A DNA stretch of 64,000 nucleotides. Origin: Mobula hypostoma (lineage: Eukaryota). Below, in pieces: positions 1-11,900 of this stretch (positions within the stretch are counted from its first letter, which is position 1; the number at the start of each line of letters is the position of its first letter). The position numbers and the translations under genes are program-made. Location of the stretch: positions 558,001 to 622,000 of the forward strand of contig NC_086101.1 in assembly GCF_963921235.1 (NCBI RefSeq). The letters run 5' to 3'. A model generated the notes under the pieces. That model searched no databases, was not told the DNA's origin, and was given only the letters and a program-made list of their open reading frames with translations.

Positions 1-20
1 CTTCATATGACAAACCTTAC

Positions 21-2230
21 ATAGAACATAGAACATAGAATAGTACAGCACAGTACAGGCCCTTCGGCCCACAATGTTGTGCCGACCCTCAAACCCTGTC
101 TCCCATATAAGCCCCCAACTTAGATTCCTCCATATACCTGTCTAGTAGTCTCTTAAACTTCACTAGTGTATCTGCCGCCACCACTGACTCAGGCAGTGCA
201 TTCCACGCACCAACCACTCTCTGAGTAAAAAACCTTCCTCTAATATCCCCCTTGAACTTCCTACCCCTTACCTTAAAGCCATGTCCTCTTGTATTGAGCA
301 GTGGTGTCCTGGGGAAGAGGCGCTGGCTATCCACTCGATCTACTCCTCTTATTATCTTGTACACCTCGATCATGTCTCCTCTCATCCTTCTTCTCTCTAA
401 AGAGTAAAGTCTTAGCTCCCTTAATCTCTGATCATAATGCATACATTCTAAACCAGGCAGCATCCTGGTAAATCTCCTCTGTACCCTTTCCAATGCTTCC
501 ACATCCTTCCTATAGTGAGGTGACCAGAACTGGACACAGTACTCCAAGTGTGGCCTAACCAGAGTTTTACAGAGCTGCATCATTACATCGCGACTCTTAA
601 ACTCTATCCCTCAACTTATGAAAGCTAACTCCCCATAAGCTTTTTTCACTACCCTATCCACCTGTGAGGCAACTTGCAGGGATCTGTGGACATGTACCCC
701 GAGATCCCTCTGCTCCTCCACACTACCAAGTATCCTGCCATTTACTTTGTACTCTGCCTTGGAGTTTGTCCTTCCAAAGTGTACCACCTCACACTTCTCC
801 AGGATGAACTCCATCTGCCACTTCTCAGCCCACTTCTGCATCCTATCAATATCTCTCTGCAATCTTTGACAATCCTCTGCACTATCTACAACACCACCAA
901 CCTTTGTGTCGTCTGCAAACTTGCCAACCCACCCCTCTACCCCCACATCCAGGTCGTTAATAAAAATCACGAAAAGTAGAGGTCCCAGAACAGATCCTTG
1001 TGGGACACCACTCGTCACAGTCCTCCAATCTGAATGTACTCCCTCCACCATCACCCTCTGCTTTCTGCTGGCAAGCCAATTCTGAATCCACCTGGCCAAA
1101 CTTCCCTGGATCCCATGCCTTCCAACTTTCTGAAGAAACCTACCGTGTGGAACCTTGTCAAATGCCTTACTAAAATCCATATAGATCACATCCACTGCAC
1201 TAGCCTCATCTATATGCCTGGTCACCTCCTCAAAGAACTCTATCAGGCTTGTTAGACACGATCTGCCCTTCACAAAGCCATGCTAACTGTCCCTGATCAG
1301 ACCATGATTCTCTAATTCCCTTTAGATCCTATCTCTAAGAATCTTTTCCAACAGCTTTCCCACCATGGATGTAAGACTCACTGGTCTATAATTACCCGGA
1401 CTATCCCTACTACCTTTTTTGAACAAGGGAACAACATTCGCCTCCCTCCAATCCTCCGGTACCATTCCTGTGGACAACGAGGACATAAAGATCCTAGCCA
1501 GGGGCTCAGCAGTCTCTTCTCTCGCCTCATGGAGCAGCCTGGGGAATATTCCGTCAGGCCCCGGGGACTTATCTGTCCTAATGTATTTTAAGAACTCCAA
1601 CACCTCCTCTCCCTTAATATCAACATGCTCCAGAACATCAACCTCACTCATATTGTCCTCACCATCATCAAGTTCCCCCTGATTGGTGAATACTGAAGAG
1701 AAATATTCATTGAGGACCTTGCTCACTTCCACAGCCACCAGGCACGTCTTCCCACCTTTATCTCTAATCGGTCCTACCTTCACTCCTGTCATCCTTTTTT
1801 TCTTCACATAATTGAAGAATGCCTTGGGGTTTTTCTTTACCCTACTCGCCAAGGCCTTCTCATGCCCCCTTCTTGCTCTTCTCAGCCCCTTCTTAAGCTC
1901 TTTTCTTGCTTCAGTATATTGCTCAATAGACCCATCTGATCCTTGCTTCCTCAACCTCATGTATGCTGCCTTCTTCCACCTGACTAGATTTTCCACCTCA
2001 CTTGTCACCCATGGTTCCTTCACCCTACCATTCTTTATCTTCCTCACCAGGACAAATTTATCCCTTACATCCTACAAGAGATCTCTAAACATCGACCACA
2101 TGTCCATAGTACATTTCCCTACAAAAACATCATCCCAATTCACTCCCGCAAGTTCTAGCCTTATAGCCTCATAATTTGCCTTTCCCCAGTTAAAAATTTT
2201 CCTGTCCTCTTTGATTCTATCCTTTTCCAT
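21..2230 (-). mobile_element. CR1-clade LINE, family A, 5'-truncated (RT and C-terminus of ORF2, 3' UTR)
   Basis: ORFs 1322-2047, 611-1273 and 89-583 carry CR1 RT motifs ([40 protein letters not shown]); (TTCTATG)n tail at 21-40; frameshifts and stops. Inserted in an older, decayed CR1 (1-20 and about 2231-2400). Confidence 0.93.
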
Positions 2231-2479
2231 ACAATTCCAGAAATATTTTTGTAAACTTCCTTTAAACCCTCTCCAATGTAAGCACGTCTGTTCTAGATAA
2301 GGGGCCTGAATCTGCTCTCAAGAGTCCATGTGAGTCCACACCTGTGCTTTATAAATATTCAACAACACATCCTTGCTTTTATAGTCTCGTACTCTTCAAT
2401 TCAATTTTCTCTCCATTGAGACAATAGTCTGCACTCTCATTGCTTCTAACAAAGAGGATGACCATACACTTCTCTAAAT

Positions 2480-2921
2480 AATGTCTTCCACTCATTGATG
2501 TCTCTTGTAAATCCTTTCTACAGGTTAGAAATGGCAATAAAAAATTGTGTATGGAAATTTTAAACAAAACAACATGTCAGTTTTGCTGCCTCTGCCCAGA
2601 TATTTAAGAAGTTTCTAGATATTCAACAATATATCCGTGTTGGTCCTTGGAGATGAAGAAGTATGCTATCCCAGCTGGAAAAGTGCTTTGTGTCTGAGAT
2701 GAAGTTTTCTGTTGTAGCTCCGTGAAATCCACTGGAAGTGGGGTGCTGAGAACACACCAGTATTTGTTCACTGGAGATCAGTTCTTCAACTACATCGATT
2801 GTGCAAGGGATTCACTACATCTGACATTTGACTTATGAATTGATAAAGAACTGTGTGAGGGGATTCACTCTAAACTCACTCATCTGACCTGCATGCACAC
2901 TAGCGAGTTCACCCTGATGAG
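2480..2921 (+). promoter_or_regulatory. Putative splice acceptor (TTTCTACAG|G, AG at 2522-2523) and conserved leader of the ZNF exon
   Basis: Pyrimidine tract plus CAG; the block is homologous to 45385-45730 and 58555-58880, each upstream of a ZNF array; contains decayed finger-like sequence. Confidence 0.6.
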
Positions 2922-4106
2922 ATGTTGTTCACCTGTGCTGATTGTGGGAAGGGATTCACTCGGTCATCCACCCTACTGACACACCAGCGAGTTCACACTG
3001 GGGAGAAGCCGTTTACTTGCTCAGACTGTGGGAAGGGATTCACTCAGTCATCACAACTGCAGAGACACCTGTCAGTTCACACTGGGGAGAAGCCATTCAC
3101 CTGTTCAGACTGTGGGAAGGGATTCACTTGGTCATCTGAACTGAAGGTACATCAGCGAACTCACACTGGGGAGAGGCCGTTCACCTGCTCAGACTGTGGG
3201 AAAGGGTTTATTCGGTCATCTCAACTGAAAGTACATCAGCGAATTCACACCGGGGAGAGGCCATTCACCTGCTCAGTCTGTGGGAAAGGATTCACTCAGT
3301 CATCTGTACTGAACGAACATCAGCGAATTCACACTGGGGAGAGGCCGTTCATCTGCTCAGACTGTGGGAAAGGATTCACTCATTCATCTGTACTGAAGGT
3401 ACATCAGCGCATTCACACTGGGGAGAGGCCATTCACCTGCTCAGACTGTGGGAAGAAATTCACTGACTCATCCAGCCTACAGGCGCACCAGCGAGTTCAT
3501 ACTGGAGAAAGGCCATTCACCTGTTCAGACTGTGGGAAGACATTTACTAGGTCATCTCAAGTGATGGTACACCAGCGAATTCACACTGGGGAGAGGCCAT
3601 TTTCCTGCTCTGATTGTGGGAAGAGATTCACTCATTTATCTGACCTGCAAGTGCACCAGAGAGTCCACACTGGAGAGAGGCCATTCACCTGCTTGGACTG
3701 TGGGAAGGCATTTACTCGGTCAGTTGAACTGAAGACTCATCAGCGAATTCACACTGGGGAGAGGCTGTTCACCTGCTCAGACTGTGGGAAAGGGTTTATT
3801 CGGTCATATCAGCTGAAGGTGCATCAACGAATTCACACTGGGGAGAGACCATTCACCTGCTCAGACTGTGGAAGGGGATTTACTCAGTCATCTCAACTGA
3901 TGGTACATCAGCGAATTCACACTGGTGAGAGGCCATACGCCTGCTCTGAATGTGGAAAGAGATTCAATCAGTCATCCGACTTACAGACACACCGACGAGT
4001 CCACACTGGGGAGAGGCCATTCTCCTGCTCCAAATGTGGGAAGAGATTCTCTCAGTCATCCCACCTTGTCACACACTACCGAGTTCACACTGGGGAAACT
4101 GTTTAA
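2922..4106 (+). CDS. Tandem C2H2 zinc-finger protein, 14 fingers, no effector domain seen (ZNF-1)
   Basis: 394-aa ORF of 14 consecutive 28-aa CxxC...HxxxH units with TGE(K/R)PF linkers; ATG start; uninterrupted; ends HTGETV*. Confidence 0.85.
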   Translation: MLFTCADCGKGFTRSSTLLTHQRVHTGEKPFTCSDCGKGFTQSSQLQRHLSVHTGEKPFTCSDCGKGFTWSSELKVHQRTHTGERPFTCSDCGKGFIRSSQLKVHQRIHTGERPFTCSVCGKGFTQSSVLNEHQRIHTGERPFICSDCGKGFTHSSVLKVHQRIHTGERPFTCSDCGKKFTDSSSLQAHQRVHTGERPFTCSDCGKTFTRSSQVMVHQRIHTGERPFSCSDCGKRFTHLSDLQVHQRVHTGERPFTCLDCGKAFTRSVELKTHQRIHTGERLFTCSDCGKGFIRSYQLKVHQRIHTGERPFTCSDCGRGFTQSSQLMVHQRIHTGERPYACSECGKRFNQSSDLQTHRRVHTGERPFSCSKCGKRFSQSSHLVTHYRVHTGETV

Positions 4107-4344
4107 ACAGGCTACAGACTGGATATTTAACCATCACAGTTGCTGAATCAACTTCAAAAGTGACTGGTGGTGCCGAACTCAGCAATTATTGCTGCTGTTT
4201 ATCAAACCCAGTTCTGCACTCTGGTCACCGGGCATGGGAGGTATTCCTCGGCTAATGTTCACGTTTAATGGACTGGAGTTTAATGGTTTTTATCTGTGAC
4301 ACAGAAATCAGTTGTAATTTAAATTCTGTCCGCATCGACAGAAT

Positions 4345-4835
4345 CTCCTTTATCTCCCCTAACTATCATCTCCTATAACTACCGCAAGTCCTACACTTAC
4401 ACTTCTCTGTTGAGCCTTGGAGCCGACAGTGTCAGCAGCCTTTCTGTTGCAGCTGGGTCCCAAAGGGTCAATTCTCCCCCCCCAACATCAGGGTCACCCC
4501 CAACACCCACCATCCCACACCCAGCAGTATCCAACTGCTGAGGAGAATTCCCACAGGACAGCCCTGCTCTGACTTCCGAATGCCCCTTACCGCTGCTGGT
4601 GGTCACGCATCTCCTATCCGCCTGTACTCTGGCTGTGGCCATCTCTTCAGATGTTTCATTGATAGTATCTTCAGGCTCCCAAATAATCCTGAGTATATCC
4701 AACTCCCTGACCCAGGCAGTCAGGTGCTGTGGTTGGATGCACTTCCTGCAAATATAGTCATCAAGGAAACTGTCAGATATCCAGAATTCCCACATCTGAC
4801 ACAAAGAGCATCCCATCCTGACTGCTCTGCACTAA
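4345..4835 (-). mobile_element. Decayed CR1 ORF1 remnant
   Basis: ORF 4397-4816 (CSLCQMWE...YICRKC...VRELDILRII) resembles the ORF1 N-termini at 28495 and 13040. Confidence 0.7.
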
Positions 4836-4845
4836 AATACACCAC

Positions 4846-5780
4846 TGTGGGTCAGGAAGGAATTAACATATGCAAGAAAACATCAAACTTGAATGGGTCA
4901 ATGACAATGGAAGTAGAGTGATCAATTGTCTGTGTTCTTGCCATGAGGTCGAAGGAATAGAGGCTGCCATTTTGTGAAGCTGCTCTGTAACCCCCATTTT
5001 GTGAACTGATTGATGAACTGATTCTTGCTGTGGGATAACCTAATGAGATCAATTGAACACAAGAAGTTTTTGGTATTCGCATTCTAATACTGAAATCACT
5101 CTCAGATAAGCCATGTATTATGTACACTGTCAGGACTTCAGAAGTAATCTCGTTATCTCTGAACCTGAAATCACTTTCAGATAAACTGTATTATTTACAC
5201 TGTGAGGTCTGCAGAAGGAATCTCGTTATTTCTGCCGAGTGTGTGAACCAGAGTTGAAGAGAACAAAAGGAGTCACCTTTGGCATGAAGTACATCCAATG
5301 GGAATCTGTTAATCAACAGCCTGGTAAACTTCAGCCAACAGGGTGAGTTGCATCCTGTGAACTGATAAGAGGTGCTTAACAAGTTAAGAGTTTCAGCTTC
5401 ACAGGTGTGATAACTCCTGAGACTAACCATCACAAGGAAGATCCCCCATGAAAGGGACTGGGAGAAGAAATGATTGATCATTTGGACAAAGGGGAATCCC
5501 CTGTTTCAGTGTTGTGAATTTGATAAGTGGTCTGGGTGTGTATTACTACAGAGGGAACAATGAAATTCATGTTTTAAGTTGTTGGCCTGGGGTCAACATA
5601 GTTACTTTGTTTTTTGTGCAGGAACAATTAAGTGTGAGTTTTCGTTAATTAAAAGTTGCCTGCTGAGTTTCCAAACTGATTTCAGCTGATGAACGGTCAA
5701 CATATTTTGGCACCCTGGGGTGCACTTGAAAAGAAAGAAAAGTGGTCTGGGACCCTGGTTAAACCACACGGTAGGTTAGG
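4846..5780 (+). mobile_element. Putative LTR (TGT at 4846...ACA at 5702) followed by PBS-like sequence and leader
   Basis: TGT/ACA termini, ATTAAA near 5648, internal direct repeat of about 70 bp (5090-5161 / 5165-5234), then TATTT-TGGCACCCTGGGGTG and a donor-like CG|GTAGGT. No internal ORF retained. Confidence 0.45.
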
Positions 5781-5818
5781 ATATTTTTTATATCAATAAT
5801 AAAAAAAACAAAATCTAA

Positions 5819-7490
5819 CAGATCTAACATACAGAGAGGCTTTGAGGAAAGAGAAGCAGAATAAAGGGTGTAAAGACAGTAAGGTAGAGGGGCTGAAATG
5901 TGTGTACCTCAATGCAAGAAGCATCAGGAACAAAGGTGATGAACTGAGAGCTTGGATACATACATGGAATTGTAATGCAGTGGCCATTACAGAGACTTGG
6001 CTGGCACCAGGGCAGGAATGGATTCTCAATATTCCTGGATTTCAGTGCTTTGAAAGGGATAGAGAGGGCGGAAAAAGGGGAGGAGGGGTGGCATTACTGG
6101 TCAGGGATACTATTACAGCTACAGAAAGGGTGGGTAATGTAGCAGGATCCTCTTTTGAGTCAATATGGGTGGAAGTCAGGAACAGGAAGGGAGCAGTTAC
6201 TCTACTGGGGGTATTCTATAGGCCCCCTGGTAGCAGCAGAGATACAGAGGAGCAGATTGGGAGGCAGATTTTGGAAAGGTGCAAAAATAACAGGGTTGTT
6301 AACATGGGTGACTTTAACTTCCCTAATATTGATTGGCACCTGATTAATTCCAAGGGTTTAGATGGGGCAGAATTTGTTAAGTGTGTCCAGGACGGATTCC
6401 TGTCACAGTATGTGGACAGGCCGACCAGGGGGAATGCCATACTAGATCTAGTACTAGGTAATGAACTGGGTCAGGTCACAGATCTCTCAGTGGGTGAGCA
6501 TCTGGGGGACAGTGACCACCGCTCCCTGGCCTTTATAATTATCATGGAAAAGGATAGAATCAAAGAGGACAGGAAAATTTTTAATTGGGGAAAGGCAAAT
6601 TATGAGGCTATAAGGCTAGAACTTGCGGGTGTGAATTGGGATGATGTTTTTGCTGGGAAAATGGGCTGAGATATCGCAGATGGAGTTTAATACTGACAAA
6701 TGTGAGGTATTGCACGTTGGAAGGACAAACCAACATAGAACATACAGTGTTAATGGTAAGGCACTGAGGAGTGCAGTGGAACAGAGGGATCTGGGAATAC
6801 AGATACAAAATTCCCTAAAAGTGTCGTCACAGGTAGATGGGGTCGTAAAGAGAGCTTTTGGTACATTGGCCTTTATTAATCGAAGTATTGAGTATAAGAG
6901 CTAGAATGTTATGATGAGGTTGTATAAGGTATTGGTGAGGCCGAATCTGGAGTATTGTGTTCAGTTTTGGTCACCAAATTACAGGAAGGATATAAATAAG
7001 GTTGAAAGAGTGCAGAGAAGATTTACAAGGATGTTGCCGGGACTTGAGAAACTCAGTTACAGAGAAAGGTTGAATAGGTTGGGACTTTATTCCCTGGAGC
7101 GTAGAAGAATGAGGGGAGATTTGATAGAGGTATATAAAATTATGATGGGTATAGATAGAGTGAATGCAAGCAGGCCTTTTCCACTGAGGCAGGGGGAGAA
7201 AAAAACCAGAGGACATGGGTTAAGGGTGAGGGGGGAAAAGTTTAAAGGAACATTAGGGGGGGCTTCTTCACACAGAGAGTGGTGGGAGTATGGAATGAGC
7301 TGCCAGACGAGGTGGTAAATGCGGGCTCTTTTTTAACATTTAAGAATAAATTGGACAGATACATGGATGGGAGGTGTATGGAGGGATATGGTCCATGTGC
7401 AGGTCAGTGGGACTAGGCAGAAAATGGTTCGGCACAGCCAAGAAGGGCCAAAAGGCCTGTTTCTGTGCTATAGTTTCTATGGTTTCTATG
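5819..7490 (+). mobile_element. Chimeric CR1: family A endonuclease region fused at about 6655 to a family B 3' end
   Basis: ORF 5842-6669 is an APE domain (YLNARSI, AITETWL, GDFNFP, SDH) matching 29500-30335; 6655-7490 matches family B (27027-27510 plus 33834-34450); tail TTTCTATGG. Confidence 0.88.
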
Positions 7491-8925
7491 ATATAGAAAT
7501 ACCGTGAATATATTGAGGAATTTTACCAAACAAAACTGTCCATTTATTAGGTTGTAAATTGATTTTTAAAGCTTTAGAAATTGTAGAAAAAATAGATTTC
7601 CAAAATTGTTTCAATACAGAACACGACGAAAACATTTGTGTCTATGTTGCTATCACAGTTTTGCATTTATCACACTGACTATTTACATTAGGAAATATTT
7701 TAGACAATCTCTCCTTTGTCAAATAATAAAGATGTACAATTTTAAATTGAATTAGAGAGTGACTGCACAAATCAAAGAAGAGTTAACCAGCTTCAAAATT
7801 CGCAACCAATCCTCTATTATCAAGGTCATGTTAAGCTCTCTATCCCAATCTTGCTTAATCTTAACTGAAGGATAGTTATCCTGTTGCAATAGTAAATTAT
7901 AAATTTTCCCAAAAAAATCTTTCAGGAAAGGGTTCATTTTTAAAATAATGTCTAACAGGTCAGAGTCTTGTATATATGGAAAATTACTTAAATATTCTTG
8001 TAAGAAATGTCTGACCTGAAGATATTGCAAAAAATGTGAATATGAGAGAGAGTATTTAGTTACTAATTTCTCAAAGGACATCAATCGGCCTTCTTGAAAC
8101 AAGTCCATAAAGGAAAAAAACCCTTTATTCCTCCAAAGAGAAAAGGTAGGATCACTAAGTGAAGGTTTAAATAAATAGTTTCGATAAATTAAACTAAAAA
8201 GGTTAAATTTTTTAAGTTGAAAAAACTTACGAAACTGGTACCAGATTCGTAATGATTGATTAATCATATGATTTATATTTAGAATAGAAATTTTGGCTAA
8301 TTGTACAGGTAAAGGAGCTCCTAATAACGAAGTTAAATTAAATTGTTTCACAATTTTCATTTCCAAATCAACGCAAGGTGGTATAATCATCATTTTAACT
8401 GCATGAATTCGACCTGCTAACGAAAATGTAAGTGGATTCCATCTAGAAAAAAGTTGCTTCATAAAATCCACTAAGGGAACTAAATTAGCTCTATAAAGGT
8501 CTCCATAATTTTTAGTGATGAGAATACCTAAATATTTAGAAGAATCCGTAACTTTTAGAGGAATGTCATCATATATAGAAGCAGAATTATTTAAAGAAAA
8601 TAATTCATCTTTATGCAGGTTTAATTTACATCCTGAAAACAATCCAAATTCATTTAATAATTTCAATAAACTATGAATAGATTGTTCGGGATTCGAAACA
8701 TAAACCAAAAGATCATCCGCATAAAGGGAGATCTTATGAATAATCCCATTTATAGAAATTCCTTGAATATTTTTAGCTTCACGAAGTGCAATATCCAAAG
8801 ATTCCAACATCAACTTAAATAACAGAGGACTTAACGGACATCCTTGTCTCGTACCCCGGGAGAGTTGGGAAAAGGGGGATCTACCGTTATTAGTACATAC
8901 AGTGGCAATAGGGCTTTTGTCCAGG

Positions 8926-11900
8926 GCTGTGTCTACGCCCACCTAGACAGGCCAGCGAGCACTGTGAGGGTCATGTTACATATAAACATAGAAAATAGGT
9001 GCAGGAGTAGGCCATTCGGCCCTTCAAGCCTGCACCGCCATTCAGTATGATCATGGCTGATCATCCAACTCAGAACCCTGTACCAGCCTTCCCTGCATAC
9101 CCGCTGATCCCTTTAGCCACAAGGGCCATATCTAACTCCCTCTTAAATATAGCCAATGGACTGGCCTCAACTGCTTCCCGTGGCAGAGAATTCCACAGAT
9201 TCACCACTCTCTGTGTGAAGAAGTTTTCCCTAGTCTCGGTCCTAAAAGGCTTCCCCTTTATCCTCAGACCGTGACCCCTCATTCTGGACTTCTCCAACAT
9301 CGGGAATAATCTTCCTGCATCTAGCCTATCCAATCCCTTTCGGATTTTATACGTTTCAATAAGATCCCCCCTCAATCTTCTAAATTCCAACGAGTATAAG
9401 CCTAGTTCATCCGGTCTTTCTTCATATGAAAGTCCTGCCATCCCAGGAATCAATCTGGTGAACTTTCTTTGTACTACCTCTATGGCAAGGATGTCTTTCC
9501 TCAGATTAGGGGACCAAAACTGCACAATACTCTAGGTGTGGTCTCACCAAGGCCTTGTACAACTGCAGTAGTACCTCCCTGCTCCTGTACTCGAATCCTC
9601 TTGCTATAAATGCCAGCATACCATTAACCTTTTTCACCGCCTGCTGTACCTGCATGCCCACTTTCAATGACTGGTGTATAATGACACCCAGGTCTCGTTG
9701 CACCTCCCCCTTTCCTCATCAGCCACCATTCAGATAATAATCTGTTTTCCTATTTTTGCCACCAAAGTGGATAACTTCACATTTATCCACATTAAATTGC
9801 ATCTGCCATGAATTTGCCCACCCACCCAACCTATCCAAGTCACCCTGCATCCTCTTAGCATCCTCCTCACAGCTAACACTGCCGCCCAGCTTCGTGTCAT
9901 CCGCAAACTTGGAGATGCTGCATTTAATTCCCTCATCCAAGTCATTAATATATATTGTAAACAACTGGGGTCCCAGCACTGAGCCATGCGATACCCCACT
10001 AGTCACTGCCTGCCATTCTGAAAAGGTCCCGTTTATTCCCACTCTTTGCTTCCTGTCTGCTAACCAATTCTCTATCCACATCAATACCTTACCCCCAATA
10101 CCGTATGCTTTAAGTTTGCACTCTAATCTCCTGTGTGGGACCTTGTCAAAAGCCTTTTGAAAATCCAAATATACCACATCCACTGGTTCTCCCCTATCCA
10201 CTCTACTAGTTACATCCTCAAAAAATTCTATAAGATTCGTCAGACATGATTTTCCTTTCACAAATCCATGCTGACTTTGTCTGATGATTTCACCGCTTTC
10301 CAAATGTGCTGTTATCACATCTTTGATAACTGTCTCCAGCAGTTTCCCCACCACCGACATTAGGCTAACCGGTCTATAATTCCCCGGTTTCTCTCTCCCT
10401 CCTTTTTTTAAAAAGTGGGGTTACATTAGCCACCCTCCAATCCTCAGGAACTAGTCCAGAATCTAACGAGTTTTGAAAAATTATCACTAATGCATCCACT
10501 ATTTCTTGGGCTACTTCCTTAAGCACTCTGGGATGCAGACCATCTGGCCCTGGGGATTTATCTGCCTTTAATCCCTTCAATTTATGTAACACCACTTCCC
10601 TACTAACATGTATTTCACTCAGTTCCTCCATCTCACTGGACCCTCTGTGCCCTACTATTTCCGGAAGTTTATTTCTGTCCTCCTTAGCGAAGACAGAACC
10701 AAAGTAATTATTCAATTGTTCTGCCATGTCCTTACTCCCCATAATCAATTCACCTGTTTTTGTCTGTAGGGGACCTACATTTGTCCATACCAGTCTTTTC
10801 CTTTTTACATATCCATAAAAGCTTTTACAGTCAGTTTTTATGTTCCCTGCCAGTTTTCTCTCATAATCTTTTTTCCCCTTCCTAATTAAGCCCTTTGTCC
10901 TCCTCTGCTGAACTCTGAATTTCTCCCAGTCCTCAGGTGAGCCACTTTCTCTGGCTAATTTGTATGCTTCTTCTTTGGAATTGATACTATCCCTAATTTC
11001 TCTTGTCAACCACAGGTGCACTACCTTCCTTGATTTATTCTTTTGCCAAACTGGGATGAACAATTGTTGTAGTTCATCCATGCAATCTTTAAATGCTTGC
11101 CATTGCATATCCACCGTCAAACCTTTAAGAGTCATTTGCCAGTCTATCTTAGCTAATTGACGTCTCATACCTTCAAAGTTACCCCTCTTTAAGTTCAGAA
11201 CCTTTGTTTCTGAATTAACTATGTCACTCTCCATCTTAATGAAGAATTCCACCATATTATGGTCACTCTTACTCAAGGGGCCTCTCACAACAAGATCGCT
11301 AATTAACCCTTCCTCATTGCTCAAAACCCAGTCTAGAATAGCCTGCTCTCTAGTTGGTTCCTCGACATGTTGGTTGAAGAAACCATCCCGCATACACTCC
11401 AAGAAATCCTCTTCCTCAGCAGTCTTACCAATTTGGTTCACCCAATCTACATGTAGATTGAAGTCACCCATTATAACTGCTGTTCCTTTATTGCACGCCT
11501 TTCTAATTTCCTGTTTAATGCCATCCCCAACCTCATTACTACTGTTAGGTGACCTGTACACAACTCCCACCAGCGTTTTCTGCCGCTTACTGTTATGCAG
11601 CTCTACCCATATTGATTCCACATCCTCCCAGCTAATGTCCTTTGTTTCTATTGCGTTAATCTCCTCTCTAACCAGCAATGCTACCCCACCTCCTTTTCTT
11701 TCATGTCTGTCCCTCCTGAATATTGAATATCCCTGAATGTTGAGCTCCCATCCTTGGTGTCCCTGTAGCCATGTGTCTGTGATCCCAACTATATCATATT
11801 CATTAATAACAATCTGCACTTTTAATTTTTCCACCTTGTTCCGAATGGTCCTTGTATTGACACACACAGCCTTCAGTCGCACTTTTACAACACTCCTAGC

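Noticed and set aside
1419..2174. Antisense ORFs over CR1 copies (also 11221-11736, 21894-22358, 30146-30637, 38919-39371 and others)
   Set aside because: Shadow frames of LINE ORF2; they recur only because the elements are repeated.
2922..4106. Specific gene symbol (e.g. PRDM9, ZNF271, XlCGF)
   Set aside because: No SET or KRAB domain, and orthology cannot be assigned from generic finger similarity.
2942..4255. Alternative-frame ORFs MWEGIHSVI... in ZNF arrays
   Set aside because: Frame-shifted readings of the 84-bp finger repeat.
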